A stretch of DNA of 63,015 nucleotides, filler included, from Choristocarpus tenellus KU-1152 (GCA_964200185.2; 10 parts of 10 records of this genome joined end to end with filler, not necessarily neighbours in it); one strand, 5' to 3'; positions 1 through 14,300 are shown, numbered from the whole stretch's first letter. Notes: generated by a model from the letters alone, not told the origin. Numbers and translations: made by a program.

Positions 1-844
1 GGGGGCTATGAAGGAAAGGCAAATCAAGTGGGAGCTATGTACTTGAAGAAATAGGGGGGGGGCGGGGTATGGTATCTGGGGGTCACAGATAATGCACCCC
101 AACATCAAGAGGGTGACTGACTAGTATACTAACTTGAGCCTAAAGAATCTTCCTCTCACGTAAGAGTTTATTGAGTTCATGGAGCACTATTCCCAGAATC
201 GGCCGCCCAGCCATCGCCACAACGTTCAAAAAATTGATGCGAAAGGACTCTAATGTTTCACTTCAAACTCCTCCCACCCCACCCTCCTTAGTTCGTAAAA
301 TCCTCTCCACCTCAAGCCTCCTACTCCACTACCTATTACCCATCCAAAAAAGACGTAATTTTTTTCTTCTTCTATCTACTCTTGTCTCCCCATCTCCCCT
401 ACGACAACTTACTTCCATCCATTCTTCAACCACTTCCCTAACCCTCCAAACACACTCCCTCTCACACCAAAGCAAAGAACATGTAACCTAAAGAGTCCAC
501 CAAAGCTCAGACCACACACACACCCTTACCAGATACAGTTGAATCAATTCAACTGACTTGCCCTTTCCCAACGCCCCCCAACCCCCTCCCCCCATCCAAC
601 CTACCCTCACGGTCTCCCCTTTCCACGTTTTATCTCAATCACAGCCAATATCCCAACCTAATTGCTCTGGACCAATTTTATTCGCAAATAAGATTAACCT
701 AACCTCCCCGCCATGCTACATCATATTCCACACACACACAGACACAAACACACACCCTGGTAAATAAAGTTGACCCCCTATCCAACAGCAACAAGCAGAT
801 TGTACCCAACCTAATCCTCATCCTCCCCTGCCTCTTTTTCTCAC

Positions 845-1601
845 TCTGTTGATGAGGCACTCCTCCTCTGCCTCAGCCTGCTGACTCTGTGCATTTATGA
901 TCCGCATTTTCAGCATCAAAATACATGCAATGAGAAATGTTGGAGAGTTGGGGGGCAGGGGGGGGGGGGGGGGGGGGGGAAAGCACATGAATAGAAATCG
1001 TCATGTCTCAACCTTTTAAAGGCCGAAAGAAACATAAATTCAAAAGCAGCGACACACATTGCGGTTCAAACTTCGATCTCCTTAAGAATCCATCAATACT
1101 TTAGAAACCTGTACTTATCCCATTCAAAGAGCAACCAGCCTTGCACCAGCTACCAACTGCCTGTGGTGCTGTACTTCAAGAACAGATGTATCACCATTGT
1201 ACGTATGAAGACGGTCAAAGGTTGAGTCTGCAAAAACTTGGGTAAAGGGGGCTCTGCCTTGCAAGCACTCACATCGTACCTCCGACCAACTTCTGAGCGC
1301 ATTCACCACCAGTGGTGTGCATTTGTAGGCTCAAGGAGAGGGTGAGGGCTATGGGAAAGAGTCGAAGTCTCATCACATCTGTACCAACAGGGTTCCCAGC
1401 ACCACCCCCATCTCAATCTCGGTGCACAAGACCCTGCATCCATTCCAAACCCTCCCAACAGAACACCTGAGCCTAGCGCATGCACATGGATTTCTTGCAT
1501 CAATGTGATCACTCACACACCATTTTACATGCTCCTTCCACTATCGTGCTTCGTATGTTAGATTTAACAGATATTAAGGCAGAGCTGCAATGGAAACTAC
1601 G

Positions 1602-1661
<60 letters not shown>

Positions 1662-3378
1662 TTATATGGATCACAGGATAGGAGCCTATTTCTCATGATG
1701 ATGATGTCTCCAAACAACATAATCTCAAAACTTCACCCTCAAATCCATGCAATATGCATCCAAAATTTCTACGATAAGTGTAGATCGTCCTAAAGTAATA
1801 TGGCCGACCTGATTCTCAGTGAGGCGGGTGCCTAGCTAAATTCTGGATCACACACTTTCAAATGCTACATGCAGGATGTTTTGATCGGGCACACTCTTGA
1901 GACAAGGTAGCATATGTCCAACCTATATTTATTCCCCCTCAAATGTTAATGACACACTAGTTGGTAGTGATAATGAATACAGCTAGCACACAATCAACCC
2001 ATCACTTGCTGCCACTACCAAGCTGCAATTCTCCTATTCTGAACCCAGATGGCAAAAAATCATTTATTTCCATGCCAGGGAATATTTGGAATACTAGTAA
2101 GTTTGTTCTTTGCTGCGCTTTCACACCCCCAGAGACATGTTCAGCATAGGTAAGTGGGCACCACACCTTGCTAACAGCCTGACCATATACTCAGCTCTAA
2201 AACACAAGAGTGTGCATGAGCACTGTGTACTTTTGCATGTGCTACTGGTGACGATGAAGGTATCAGCTCTCGCTCAATCCATAAACCATGACAAGAACTG
2301 GCGAAAGGGACGTCGAAGTGAGTTGCGCGCGAACACCACAACAGACTCACATTCTCCACCGCCGCCTTCCTCAATTGCAGGAGCTCTCCTTCAAGGTGGG
2401 AGGTTTTAAGCCTCTCCACCACCAGCTGCTGCTTTAGATTGGACACCTACCAGTTCATTGCAGTAAAATGATCAAAAGGTTGAAGGAGAGGGTGTAAGAG
2501 ATGATATCGGGATTGCTCAAAGTCGATGTCCGTGTCGGTCAACTAACACGTATGTTGAATCTCTCTAACTGAAAGAGATAGTGGAGTGATAGCCAAGACT
2601 TGGAGGAAGGAATGCGAATAAGGCACCAAAGGTAAATTGGCACGGGATAGAGATGGGCAAACAAGTAGCAGTTCTGTGACGGCCTGTAGCTTAGGCATGG
2701 GAGATATTCGTTTATGAGCAGGACGTAGTTACGTGATTGGCGCGAATTCAGGCAGACTTCAACGTCAATATTTCCCTCACATCAAGATGGAGAGCATTGC
2801 CTTAACAACATGTTTGAATAAGCCCCACCAACCTGATGTGGACAGTTGTGTCCTGCTGTGCGTACGTGTGCGCGTTGAGCTTCAACTAAAACATCACAGG
2901 GATCGAAGCTATTAATGCAGCGCATTCAAATTCGGAACTCCCTCATCTAGAGTTAGATGACATGCTATCCTATTCCAAAGATTGGCTAATGAGAGAATAA
3001 TCTCCTAGAGCATGATAGTGTTTCGTATATACTCCTTACTGAAGTTCAAGTTCAGCAATAAATGATTATTGAGTTCGACTATGATACACGCAAGTTGAGA
3101 TATACGCAAGAAAATGCACTCGACCAGATGTATACAAGGCTACCAACTCCACAGCAGATTCAAATACAAAGAGGCGGTCAAATTCAAGTTGGTTGAACAG
3201 GTGGTTCGATGAAGTCAACCCTGGTACATTTTCATCAGTTAACAAGTCAATACCATGATCCCACTCCCTCGAAACGCACCTCTGATTCAGGGCTTCCATG
3301 GAATGATCCTCCTGTCGTTCCTCCAGTCGTCCGAGGAGTGGGGGTGGTAGGCACGGAAATGGAGGTAGTTGATGTCAT
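845..3378 (-). CDS. CCDC6: CCDC6-like (DUF2046) coiled-coil protein, first three exons (3378-3280, 2446-2351, 886-845); continues beyond the window start
   Basis: Three phase-0 GT-AG-bounded exons splice to MTSTTSISVPTTPTPRTTGGTTGGSFHGSPESE-VSNLKQQLVVERLKTSHLEGELLQLRKAAVEN-SQQAEAEEECLINR. This aligns by eye with the CCDC6 motif [42 protein letters not shown]. Confidence 0.78.
1601..1658 (+). repeat. (CA)n microsatellite in a CCDC6-like intron
   Basis: Visible directly in the sequence. Confidence 0.97.
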
Positions 3379-6104
3379 TGTTTCCCGTGTTCGTTTGAGA
3401 CTCCTAGCTCGAGATAGTCTACCGATGATTTGGTAATAGTTGAGGCCTTGTTGGGATGATAAGCGTCTAGACCTCCGTACTAATAACCAAAGCTCTCCAG
3501 ACTCAGGTGGCCACACCTCCTATGATCTAAGCCCGCATTCAGCCTCTCGATGTAATGTGTGACATTGGACATTGGGGTTGTTCCCTTTGCGCGCAGCGCA
3601 CGACACAGCACAATTTTCTGTTTCTTTTTGTTTATATTTTGGAGTATGTGCAAGGAACGAGCAACGATTGATGGGACAAACGAGTACGAAGACAACTCCT
3701 GACATAAAACGTAAAATGTAAAAAATACTCCGAGAATAATATTTCATTATCAACGCTAACCTATTAATAATTACATTATCCAACAATAACTCGCCATTCA
3801 ACATAGTTCCACGACAAGAGACAACCACCCACCATTTGTATGGTCTTAAATCTGGAACATAAACCGAGAATTGAAGGCTATGTGTTGGAAGTAGACGAGT
3901 TTTTGTTTTGTGTTGGTTTCATAATAGAAACACAGCCCCTTGCATTTCTAAACTGCTCATTTCTTCTTATTTTATTTTTCAACTCCTTTAACAACAAAAT
4001 GGGTAACAACAGCTTGTAAATATGATCGTTGTGATGGCATACACCAGAAGTCGTTATGACCGTTTTATTGATCTCGGTAATATTATGGGACCAAGAGTTC
4101 CCAGGCCTCAATTCATCCTCCATACACTGCGTGACCCAATGAACACCAAATGTTACTCCTCCTTTAGTGGCCGAATCTTGTCTGAGAGGACATTGCTTGA
4201 AGTGCTCAACCCATGGGCAGGCCCTATATTTTTTATATACTACAAGACATACGCACAAAGGCTTCTTCTGCATGATGGATGTGGAGATTGGATCTCAAGT
4301 GTGAAAACGACTCATAATGCTTGTAAGAGCATTCCTTAACTGCCATGCGTTTGTTACATCCCTGCTGGGGGTCTTATCATGGCTTCTCCGTGGTGTGACA
4401 AAGGTTTATTAGGGACGTGTTCCCTTTCGATGAGTGGAGAGGGAAAAAAAAATCCGCAAAGTCAAAGTGCACAAGGACAAGGTGACCCATTTTGTCCCTC
4501 TCCCATTATTATTCCATCTCACCACTTCCCAAGGGTCTCAAGAGCACTCAGACGACTTCTGGACCCAGGAAATCTCGTTTCACTATCTCGAGGTCAATCG
4601 TCTATTTATTCTTCATGAAATATTTCCAAGATGATAGGTGAAGGAGAGTTTTCCACAACTGAGGGTGGAACTACAGGGGATGGAAACTCCTCAACAGAAG
4701 AAGACATACTAAATGGCGCCACCCTAGTCAGGGCCATCAGCTAGCCTTTGTCACCAGAGATGGAACCCATTGCCCCTGCGAACATTGGCCTCTACTCTCG
4801 CCCCGAACATCAACGGTTTTGTAGCCTTTAGAGGACCTGTAGGCAAAGATATTTTTTCATCCAAGTTGCAACATATATTTTGTGATGAGGGCCCTGTGAG
4901 CCCAGGATCGTGGACTCTAGCTAGGTACACTTGCGCGTACGATGGCTCTCAAACGCCTGGTATATCTCTCCCTGTATGTCCTATAATGAGCAGGTCAACC
5001 TTCTGCAATTAAAAAAATAGCGGTCCATTCACAAAGCATGCCAACAACACATCTTTATGAACAAAACAATAAATCGTTGGCAAAAGTGCCTCAGGAGACT
5101 TGATCAAACACTTGGACTAGATGCGTGAAGCAAATAGTGTCTTCCATTGGGGGTACACCAGTGGACCGACACTCCGATACTTGCAAGGGTGAAAGGGTCT
5201 GGTCTGTCCTCCATATTCGTCCCCCAACATATAACCCTTCACAGGATCACTAACAACCACACTGCCCAATGGAGTCTATCGAGATAACAGGTGCATCTGG
5301 TGAGGTCCACATCATCACCATTTGCTACTCTACTTCCCACCGTCCAGGCTCCAGGCGCATTAAGCCATGTTGTCATTTCTTTTGTGGTTCCCGCTGATAA
5401 CGAACTAGGAGGGTTCATCTGCAAAGGCTGTGTGGGCTGGGCTGTGTAATCTCCCTTGCACTGGTCCCAGAGGTTCACGCCTGCATAATGTGTTGCACAA
5501 AATGCCGGAGGAATGAGTGAGGCCCAGCATGACATCGCATACCTTTTGGACAGGGTCTGCTTTGCTGCCTACTGATCAGTTTTCACCCTGACCAGATATT
5601 GTGAACGTAATATTCCTCTCTGGTTCTAGCATGTAACGGGACCCAGTGCGGGTAAGGGGCCAGTAGTGCTTGAGATACCACACAGGTCCTGGAACCTGCA
5701 CGACGGATCCCATATTTGGAGTTCCACCTCATCATGTATAGGTGGTCTTTAGGGGTGGAAAAGGCACAGTGTTCTAGTTGGGACCCTGTAGGGTTATTGA
5801 TAACGCAAGTGTGTGCACATCACGCACGTACTTGCCACCAGGTTGGTGGATGATAGTCCATTCATTGTGACATAATTGAGTCTACAGATATATGTCTGTC
5901 CCTGTACCTTCCTGTTCTTTCACCATCGACCGGTATTCCCACACGAATGAGGGATTCCATTCAGGAACCACCATGGCCAATGTAAACCGCCAACTAAACC
6001 AAATCCACCCTATTTAAAACGCTGATGAGTATAATATAATTAAGAAAAACATATTACGTATAATGTACGATTTTTGGCCCCCTATATTGGCAAAGGAGTA
6101 GAAG

Positions 6105-6330
6105 AGGTCTTGCCACTTGAACCACTCATCCACCACCAATGGTATTGCTATTGCTGCAGGCGAGGCACGAAGCACATCCACTTAAAGGGATCTTTTGACC
6201 TTCCCGTAAGTTTAGTCTCAACATCTTCGAGGTGAAAAGTTTTTGGCACCTTGGTAGGCAAGCAGAGAGTTTCTTAGATGAGTTGGCCAACCATCATGCA
6301 GTAGGGTGGAGAGGGGTTGGGGTATTGTCA
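6105..6330 (+). mobile_element. Degenerate fragment of an RLE-type (CRE-like) non-LTR retrotransposon endonuclease C-terminus
   Basis: Reads ..GIAIAAGEAR..KGSFD..LNIFEVKSFWHLGRQAESFLDELANH (frameshifted) and is homologous to 6941-7207. Confidence 0.65.
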
Positions 6331-6940
6331 GAAACTGCATATCGTGTGACAGTTATCTTCTTTTACATACTTTGGATTGCACAGAAAAATCTGATTTCTA
6401 AATACATTTCACACATAGTGAATATGAAGACTACCCGATTTTCACCAACCCTACCCAAACCCTTCTTCAACACTAATGTAGTAAAAAGGAATGCGTCCAG
6501 ATTTTTCTAGCGCATTAAAAACATAAGAAATTCGTGGTTATTTTGGAGATGTTCTATCAAAGAAATGAATGTGAACGTTCCTATTTGGGTGACAAAACTT
6601 TGGTCACCTTACACTATTTAATCAATACATTATACCTATCTACCATTTAAAAAAATGCTTGAGGTGGGAAAAATATAGATGGAGACTAGATGAGAAATGA
6701 AATCGTTATGAATACATTTTTGTTGAGAGAAAAAATGTACATCGAGAGTAAATATTTATTATAAATATAGATAAATAAATGAAATCGCTATGAATACATA
6801 TATTTTCTGGAATCAATTGGTTGTTATAATATTGAACTGGCTTTTCATTGGCTTATCTGAAAAATGCCAGATGGGATAGTAATATCTTTTTGAAATTTGG
6901 TAGAAGTATTACTTTTTCAGGGGTTGTTCCGATATTGAAT

Positions 6941-7380
6941 GTGTATAACCTCAACACCTTCGCGGTGGAAAGTTTTGGGCTCCTCGGCAAGCAAACGGAA
7001 TGCTTCCTGGATGAGCTGGCTAATCACATGGTTGGGGGGAGAGGGGCGGGAGGATATAGCAGGAAAGGAGTAGTTAAATCCCAACTACGCCAAATTGTCT
7101 CGGTAACTACGCAAGTGGTACTGTCTAGACGTGTCATGCGTTTTAAGCTGGAATCACCAGGGAGAAGGGCACGAAGGGGTTTATTGGATTTCGGGATAGA
7201 GGTATAGGTAGATTGGACACACACACATGTAGTAGTACAACTTAGATAATGATGAAGTAACAAATAGATTGATGTCTTTCATATTTATGACATTTTTTTT
7301 CAAGGCAATACTGCAATATGTATAGTTTTCATTGGTTCCCCCCTCACACATCTCCAAAATGTCAGAGGGTATAATAATAA
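6941..7380 (+). mobile_element. 5'-truncated RLE-type (CRE-like) non-LTR retrotransposon: ORF end, 3' UTR, terminal hairpin and (TAA)n tail
   Basis: YNLNTFAVESFGLLGKQTECFLDELANH..KGVVKSQLRQIVSVTTQVVLSRRVMRF matches the 'P/T-F/L-A-V-E-x-F-G..L..IS' tail of restriction-like endonuclease domains. The copy ends in CCCTCACACATCTCCAAAATGTCAGAGGGTATAATAATAA and is colinear with 50455-50870. Confidence 0.72.
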
Positions 7381-8456
7381 AAATATTGAATAGACTTTTC
7401 ATCAATTTTTCCTTTACACATCTACAAAATGTATGTTCTTACTACTCTTCACTGTATGTAGGTTAGTTCTTCGTGGTGTCATACCATTCCACTAACTCAC
7501 CATTTATAATATGGTGGAAAGCGGAAAATTTCCCAATTAATCCAACGCCCATATATATATGAAATGCTTCTATTTTACAAAACGTCATTCATACATTCTG
7601 CCCTCTCCTCACAACATTTTATCTACCTGTCAAAAATTTTTTATTGTATACTGAGAGAATTTTCAGTTACAATTTCTTCTCGCCCAGAAAAATCAATAAA
7701 CTCTGTCAAAATGTAGTGTTATTAGTAGTTTGTGTGAGAGGCGGGGGTTCGCAGGTGGCGCTGGGAGCTAAAACGTCGCCTGTCTAGAACAGGCCAGTTT
7801 CTAGAGGCACAGAATTTGGACTTACTACTCTGTGCTGTTCTTTCGGTTCTTTCTTCATCACCAAAGGTATGATGACCTTCCACATATTTTAGATAGACAA
7901 TAATAATACATATTTTTTATTATTACTACATATTACATGTTATATACATATATATAATTTTCATTGGTTTCCCCCCTGACACATCTGCAAAATGTCAGAG
8001 GAACATATTGTTTCTACTATTACTAGTTATGTATGCATTTACAAGTCAACCTTGTAGTTAGTTGTTGTCGGAGGTACGTATATTCAAAAATCCCTTTGCA
8101 TCTGCCAAAATCTGTTGTTAAATTCTTACAGCCTTCCATCCATCTGTTGGAGTCATGCAAACAAAAAGGCGCAAATTTTTTTACCGTTTCGCACTTTTAT
8201 CTTTTTCTTTTTTTTACTCTATGTGTTACGGACTATTTTCCTCCTATACGCGCACTAATATAGCCCCAACAAACGAAGGCATCACAACAGAAGAGATATT
8301 GACAAAAAGTATCACAGTATCATTTGAGCAGAGGATTCATTTTGAAGGTTTATGGTCTTGTTGACGTTATTACACCATAGTCACGATCACACCTTCAAGC
8401 ACAACTATTTATATGATGCTTCCACAAAATTTATACTACTGTACACAGTACATAGT

Positions 8457-8687
8457 GAGCCAAAGTAAACAAGAAGTGTCCAGTTTTTCAATATTTTGCA
8501 ACTCACTCGAATTTCTATGGATGAAGCGCTAAATTTGACTTGAGAGGGTTAACTTGTCTATTGTCTTGGAAATTTTCGACATAGTTCGAAAAATATCCTA
8601 AACGCATTTGTAAAAAAAGCCGAATTTTGCACATATTTCCTAGCATCATAAAATTCAACTCTGGGCACATCTCGTTTACTTTGACTT
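8457..8687. mobile_element. MITE family C (TIR GAGYCAAAGTAAACRAGA); other copies at 46351-46614, 56001-56256 and diverged at ~34117-34345
   Basis: Terminal inverted repeats are present and the internal sequence (TATGGATGAAG.GCTAA.TTT.ACTT) is shared among copies. The 46351 copy has an ATT direct repeat on both flanks. Confidence 0.8.
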
Positions 8688-10444
8688 CATCCAGTATGTC
8701 GAACCACCACCAAGTATTAAATATTTTATTGTGCGTATCCCTCATCCATACAGCTCTTCTTACGCATGTTCTGACGCCTATTGACTATTATGTAGAGCGC
8801 CCCATTCTGTGCTGAGAAAACGACATTGGTCAAGCACAGCAAGCACGAGAGATCCAAAAGATGAATAAGAAGTCATTGTGAGGGCTGCTAGTAGATACAA
8901 AGTATATATACTTATCCTGTCCAGTCTCATTATCAAACGCTATAAAAAACTCTGACTCAATAATATATAATAATAATAATAAAAATAATGATGAAACTCC
9001 AAGGCGAAATAAAAAAATTCAATGATGCTCAGAATCTGACTGTCTCAGTGACGTCCAAACTTCTGATTGAGGGTAATATCTGTCAAGATCTCAGTCCGTT
9101 CTCTAAGATTTGAAGTCTTGTTGGTAGGTATTGCCATGGATCTAACCCTAGCCCTACTACAGCAGTAACAAAGAAGTGCCCTCTACAAGTAAGCAATCTC
9201 AGGTGACAGCGGTGGCCCCACAGTAAACCCTAACCCTAACCCTAACCAATGTTTTGCCACACACGCATCATCTGAGGTTTGGGTTGTATCCTAACAAATA
9301 GAGTCCTATTTCTAGTACCCGGAAGGCATGCACTGTGCTGTCATACCCAACCAATGTAAAAGGGCAATGCTAATGAGACACCTCGCATATCGTACCCTAA
9401 CCCTTCAATCTTGAAATCCCTTTCAACGGTGTTCTAGACACCATCATCATCGAATTGGACTGTGTGACCGCCCCGAAAGGAGCTGATAACGCCTTCCCCC
9501 TCACCATCAACGACACTTCTTACTCACCACACTACTGCATGCATAGTATCACCTGACTCGTAAGTATTCCAATTTTTGTTCAGAAGCGCACATGCTTGTA
9601 CCTGTCCTATCACATCATATCGTCTAATACCTGCACCAGCCCAAACAAACACCCTCATGTTCAAGACTCAAAAAATGCTTTCTTCTCAAAACACCCCCCG
9701 AAGAGGTAATCACTATCTTAAAAAACGCTTTCCCTTTTTCTTTTCTCTATTTTCATACCAGCGATGAATTGACGTGTTTTATTAAAAATAAAATAACGGA
9801 TGACCCAATTACCTGACGTATCGAAATTAGAACAGATCTGATAGGACACCGATAAAGCACGACCATGATCCATCCATCGATCAAGCAAGTAAAAAAAAAC
9901 TCGGGAGAATCATCACTTTATATGTCTCATCCTGAAAACACTCCCTTGACACAACCATTGCTTCTTTTTTCTTCTCTTTTTTAAAATAAAGGCAATCGTT
10001 TTGTTGACAGTAGCCCTACCGTGTCCTCCCGTGACATGAAGCTGGGCGTTGTTTGGGTGGGCACAGCCAACCTCCTCATCCTTCCTCGCACACATTCAAC
10101 AAAACCAAAGAGTCACTTGTCAAGCAACCAGAGAACCAATCTCCGCCCAAAAGCTTCATCCCCCCACACACCCCTTTTGAGCAAAAACTGGAAACCTCTA
10201 GCCCGTGGAGGCAATAACAACCTCGATTCACAAAACCAAAAACCTAAAAAAACAAAACAATTCCGCCTAAAAAACAAAACAAAAAATACACCTTGAAAAA
10301 AAAAAAATCTTGATTTTTTTTTTCATTCTCTTCTTCCCCAATCTCAAAGAGTCTCAGAAGCGTACCCTTTTCAATATATCCCTCCTGCTCACAAACACAA
10401 TATCAGGCAGGGAACCCCTCCCCCCCCCCTCCCCCTCCCTGTTT

Positions 10445-10592
10445 CTAGATCTTCTCCAAGTCCCTGATTGGCTGCTTGGTCTTCATTCCTGCCGGATCTG
10501 AAGGGTCCCACGTCTCCATCCCCTTCTGCTTCCTGAAACGGCCGCCCTTGTGCGATGCCGGGTTGGCAGCGTGGCCTGGCTGCTTGTAGAAC
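10445..10592 (-). CDS. Candidate terminal exon of an unidentified host gene
   Basis: TTTCAG acceptor followed by a GC-rich, codon-like frame (R)FYKQPGHAANPASHKGGRFRKQKGMETWDPSDPAGMKTKQPIRDLEKI*. No family recognised. Confidence 0.45.
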
Positions 10593-11019
10593 CTGAAAGG
10601 CGTTTTTTTTGGCACAGAGAAAGTTATACGAAGGGGGGGAAGGGAGGTGGCTGGGAGGTGGGCAAGGCAAACCAATAGTAGGTAGGTAGGGTTTGGGTCT
10701 CAACAAAATTTATGGTTAGGGTAAATTATTAAAAAAAAATCCTCGATAGCACTCCATATTTATAAATCCCAGCACACACTTATCAAGATTGCTTACACCT
10801 AGCTCTCTATTTCTAGATAAAGACAACCCTCCCCCCCTCCCCCCTCCAGCACACGCATTAATTAAATAAAAGCATTTTCACAGGCTGTCTGAGCAACAAC
10901 AAATCCAGAATTCCCCCACTTCCCACAGCCTTGCAAGTGCAACAACCAACATTTGATGGAGCAGATTATACACGCTATGCATTTACCCCCCCCCCCCCCA
11001 CCATCTGAGACTCGCTCCC

Positions 11020-11119
11020 NNNNNNNNNNNNNNNNNNNNNNNNNNNNNNNNNNNNNNNNNNNNTTAATTAATTAANNNNNNNNNNNNNNNNNNNNNNNNN
11101 NNNNNNNNNNNNNNNNNNN
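11020..11119. other. Artificial contig linker N..TTAATTAATTAA..N; also at 16048-16147, 19640-19739, 24230-24329, 35273-35372, 37989-38088, 45900-45999, 52402-52501, 58716-58815
   Basis: Nine identical 100-bp blocks. TTAATTAATTAA places stop codons in all six frames, and genes such as IFT140 and NAA35 do not visibly continue into neighbouring contigs. Confidence 0.97.
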
Positions 11120-11350
11120 CCCAAATGGACGCGGCCCTACCCTCTAAGATACTTTGGCTCTGATATTTTCCTGGTCTGAAATGTTTTGGAGTAGGTAATA
11201 TATACATATATATACGTTATGAAAAGTGTGTCCGGAGTAAGGATATTGACACTTCCTAACAAACACGATAGCCAATATTACATCAAAATTGCAACATTGG
11301 GTTTTGGACCCCAAACGGACGCGGCTCTACCCTCTAAGATAATTTGAATC
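11120..11350. mobile_element. Two nested or partial family-B MITE right ends
   Basis: CCCTCTAAGATACTTTGGCTC ends at 11160, and a second CCCTCTAAGATAATTTG ends near 11350. The internal sequence matches 34350-34608. Confidence 0.8.
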
Positions 11351-11364
11351 TCACGTGACTGCCA

Positions 11365-14300
11365 ATGAGGCACGCAGTGGGGAAGATTTCCCAGCTTCAA
11401 GGGCAGAGAGATAGGTCTAGCATAGTGAGTGGACAAACCGAGAAGAGCAAACTGCAATACAAAAAAAAACCGCGTTTGGTGCAGCCTGCTACTCCGGAGC
11501 ATAATGGAGTAAGTTTCAGTGTGTGTCTGTTTCTTACCTGCTTTTCCTTATTTGGAATGTCGATTTCATCAGAGATTGCGTGCCTGGCTTGCTCACGCTT
11601 GTGATCTGTATTTGCTCTCATCTCAACTCCTGTTTTTGACAGGAGGGGGATTGATACTTACTCTATGTATATATATATTTCATTATCTTATATTGCATAA
11701 AAAAATTCTGAATACCTTGCACGTAGGCTCTTCATTGGCAGGGTGGGGTGGAGGACAAGTCAACTAGGCTCTCACTCACTACTCACATGTAGTGTTCTGT
11801 CCGTGCATTCATAAATGTTTTGCCTCTCGATAGTTGCTTGAGCCCCAGGCCATCACCCTCTCTTCTGAATTCAGAGGCATTGTGTCACAGGCTTTCATTG
11901 AGTTGAGGTTATTGAAATCCACACTAGTAGTAGTTATTCTTCTATTTCACACCTTACGCCTACAATGAGTAATTAGTGACATCACAAGTAGGAAGCGTTA
12001 CAGGCAATATGTCTTGATGGCGGTTTCATAAACACCATTCTGACATTGAAGTTCTAGATTTGATATATTTGCACTTCTTGATTATTTATTTATTATTTGG
12101 TCATTATGGTCCCCGATTGTGATAAGACATCCTTGTTCAGTTCCTTTTTTTACGACGATATTGACGATAATCCAAGTGAGAGATCCAGCATACTTGATGA
12201 CTTGTGCATCAGGAGTCCTATACCTACATCAGTATCATCTACACGACCGTAGATTGGAGTTATGCATCCTGTGGAGGTGAGCTTCTGAGGGGCACCTGTA
12301 ACAATTGTGCCTAAACTCACTTCTGGGGAGCCAGGTACCTACAAACACGTAACATAAATAATGGCATTCCCTATTTGGACCCAAGTGATGTAATACATCA
12401 AAATTTCTCCTGCCAATACTTTTGTATCGACCCCTATCTATCCATTTTCATGGTCCTGGTTAAATTAAGATCGGTTCAAGACTATGCCAATGCCAACAAC
12501 TTACGACCTACATCTTTCTTGACCAGGCTCGGGGAAATCCAGGCCTACAGGGAGCGAACCCAGCTTGCGTATCATGCCAGGATGAAGGAGAGTATGGACA
12601 GAAAGGAAGCAGAGGCGAAGAAGGTGGATGACAACAAGGTCAAACATCGAAGAACTCTGCTCAACTACTGGTCCAAGGCACAGGTGTGAACTGTGAGAGT
12701 CAGGCATGGCCTAGCCTCAAGAAATATGGGGAATTGTTTGATCAGTAGGGTTTTGTACTGGAACTTTGCCAAGTGTATATGGTATTGAAATTTTGGATGG
12801 TATTGGTTTGTGAGTGTGTTTCAAGGGATACTTTTTGAGGGGGAGGGGATAGTGGTATGAGGCCTGTGTGGCAGGGCACAGAGACTACAAAACATCAGCA
12901 GTCCTCTGGAGCAAAACGTTTTTACATCAAGCAGGTGCGGTATTAGACTTTGACTTTGACTTTGAACAGGTTTAATTTGAGCTAAGTATCCGATGGTGAA
13001 CCTTTGGAGGTTTAAGTATGACTGCATTGTTAGTAGAAATGTGCATCAACTTGATGTTACGGAACACTTCTTCGTATGTTCGATCATATATGTTATCAAC
13101 ATGTCCAGCCAGCCCTGGATAGTGGTTCTCTAAACTCCACACAAGTTGTGCAGTTCTATCTTACCTCTCTATTGACGTATCACTAACACAGTTAAACTCT
13201 GAAACCTACTAGTTTTGGTCTCCTCCTGCTGTTGACCTCTTGTGTGCTGTTACTGTAGCCCACCATCTCTTTCTGTCTACTTCCGAGCCAAAGCATAAAA
13301 AGGGTAGGAGTTTCGCACTGTTTGTCCGTTTGGGGCTTGGCTTCCCACGTTTTTCCCCCCTTTTTGTGTTTTCTGTGTGAACACAGTTACCTAGAACATA
13401 TGCGACTATGAAAGGTGTGTCCGGAGCAAGGATATTCACACTTGCTAACAAACATGATACCCAAAATTAATCAAAATCGCAACACTGGATTTATGACCCT
13501 GAACGGGTGCGGCCCTACCCTCTTAAGTGCTTTGGCCCTTCCTGGTGTTCAGCTTGCACCCCACCCGTATTCACTGGGTTTGGTAGTGCATCCAAATGCT
13601 GCTGGCATCCAAATAGCAAAATGAGGCTTTACACATTCTACCTAAATTCTCTACCCAAGCTTGTCTGAACTCATAACATCAAATTCAAGTCAGACAATTG
13701 TCGCCCTGACCACACCCACCCGCTCTAAATTTCCAGCATGAACTAAGGGATGAAGCAGAAAAGCGCAATCAATTCCGTGCAGATGCCCATTCCAATCATG
13801 CAGCCGAGGCAAGGGCAGTAGCGGAAGAGGCCAGAGAGGCTGCACGAACTGAGGAGCAGGTACCCGTTGCATGTGCTTCTATCTTGGTCCTCTTCCTGCT
13901 TGTGGGTACACATCATGAACGTGTGCTATGGGATCGACCTCTAGTAGACCTTGATTCCTTTAGCAAGTGTGAGTGGGGAACGGTGTTTGCATTGAGAGAC
14001 TTGTGCTTGTGTAGACAGGGGGTGTGGGCATGTGCTTGATTGGATATGCAGAATATGCTGCCTGAACCGTGCTCACCACTCCATTACTAAGCAGACGAAG
14101 AGGAGGGGCACCTCTGTCCCTTCCTTGAAACTCCCTTTACAATGAGGCCATGCCTTGTACCGAAACCTGGTGATGACCTTACTCATCTTTCTCACACCTT
14201 CTCAGGTAGTAGCGCCAGGGGCTCAATGGACTGAAGGAGATCCAGTGGATGAATGCAACCTTGGTATTTTTGGGGTGAGCATGGAGGACGGCGAATTCCA

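Noticed and set aside
6020-6060. Hammerhead ribozyme core (CTGATGA..GAAA)
   Set aside because: No convincing stems I-III could be drawn.
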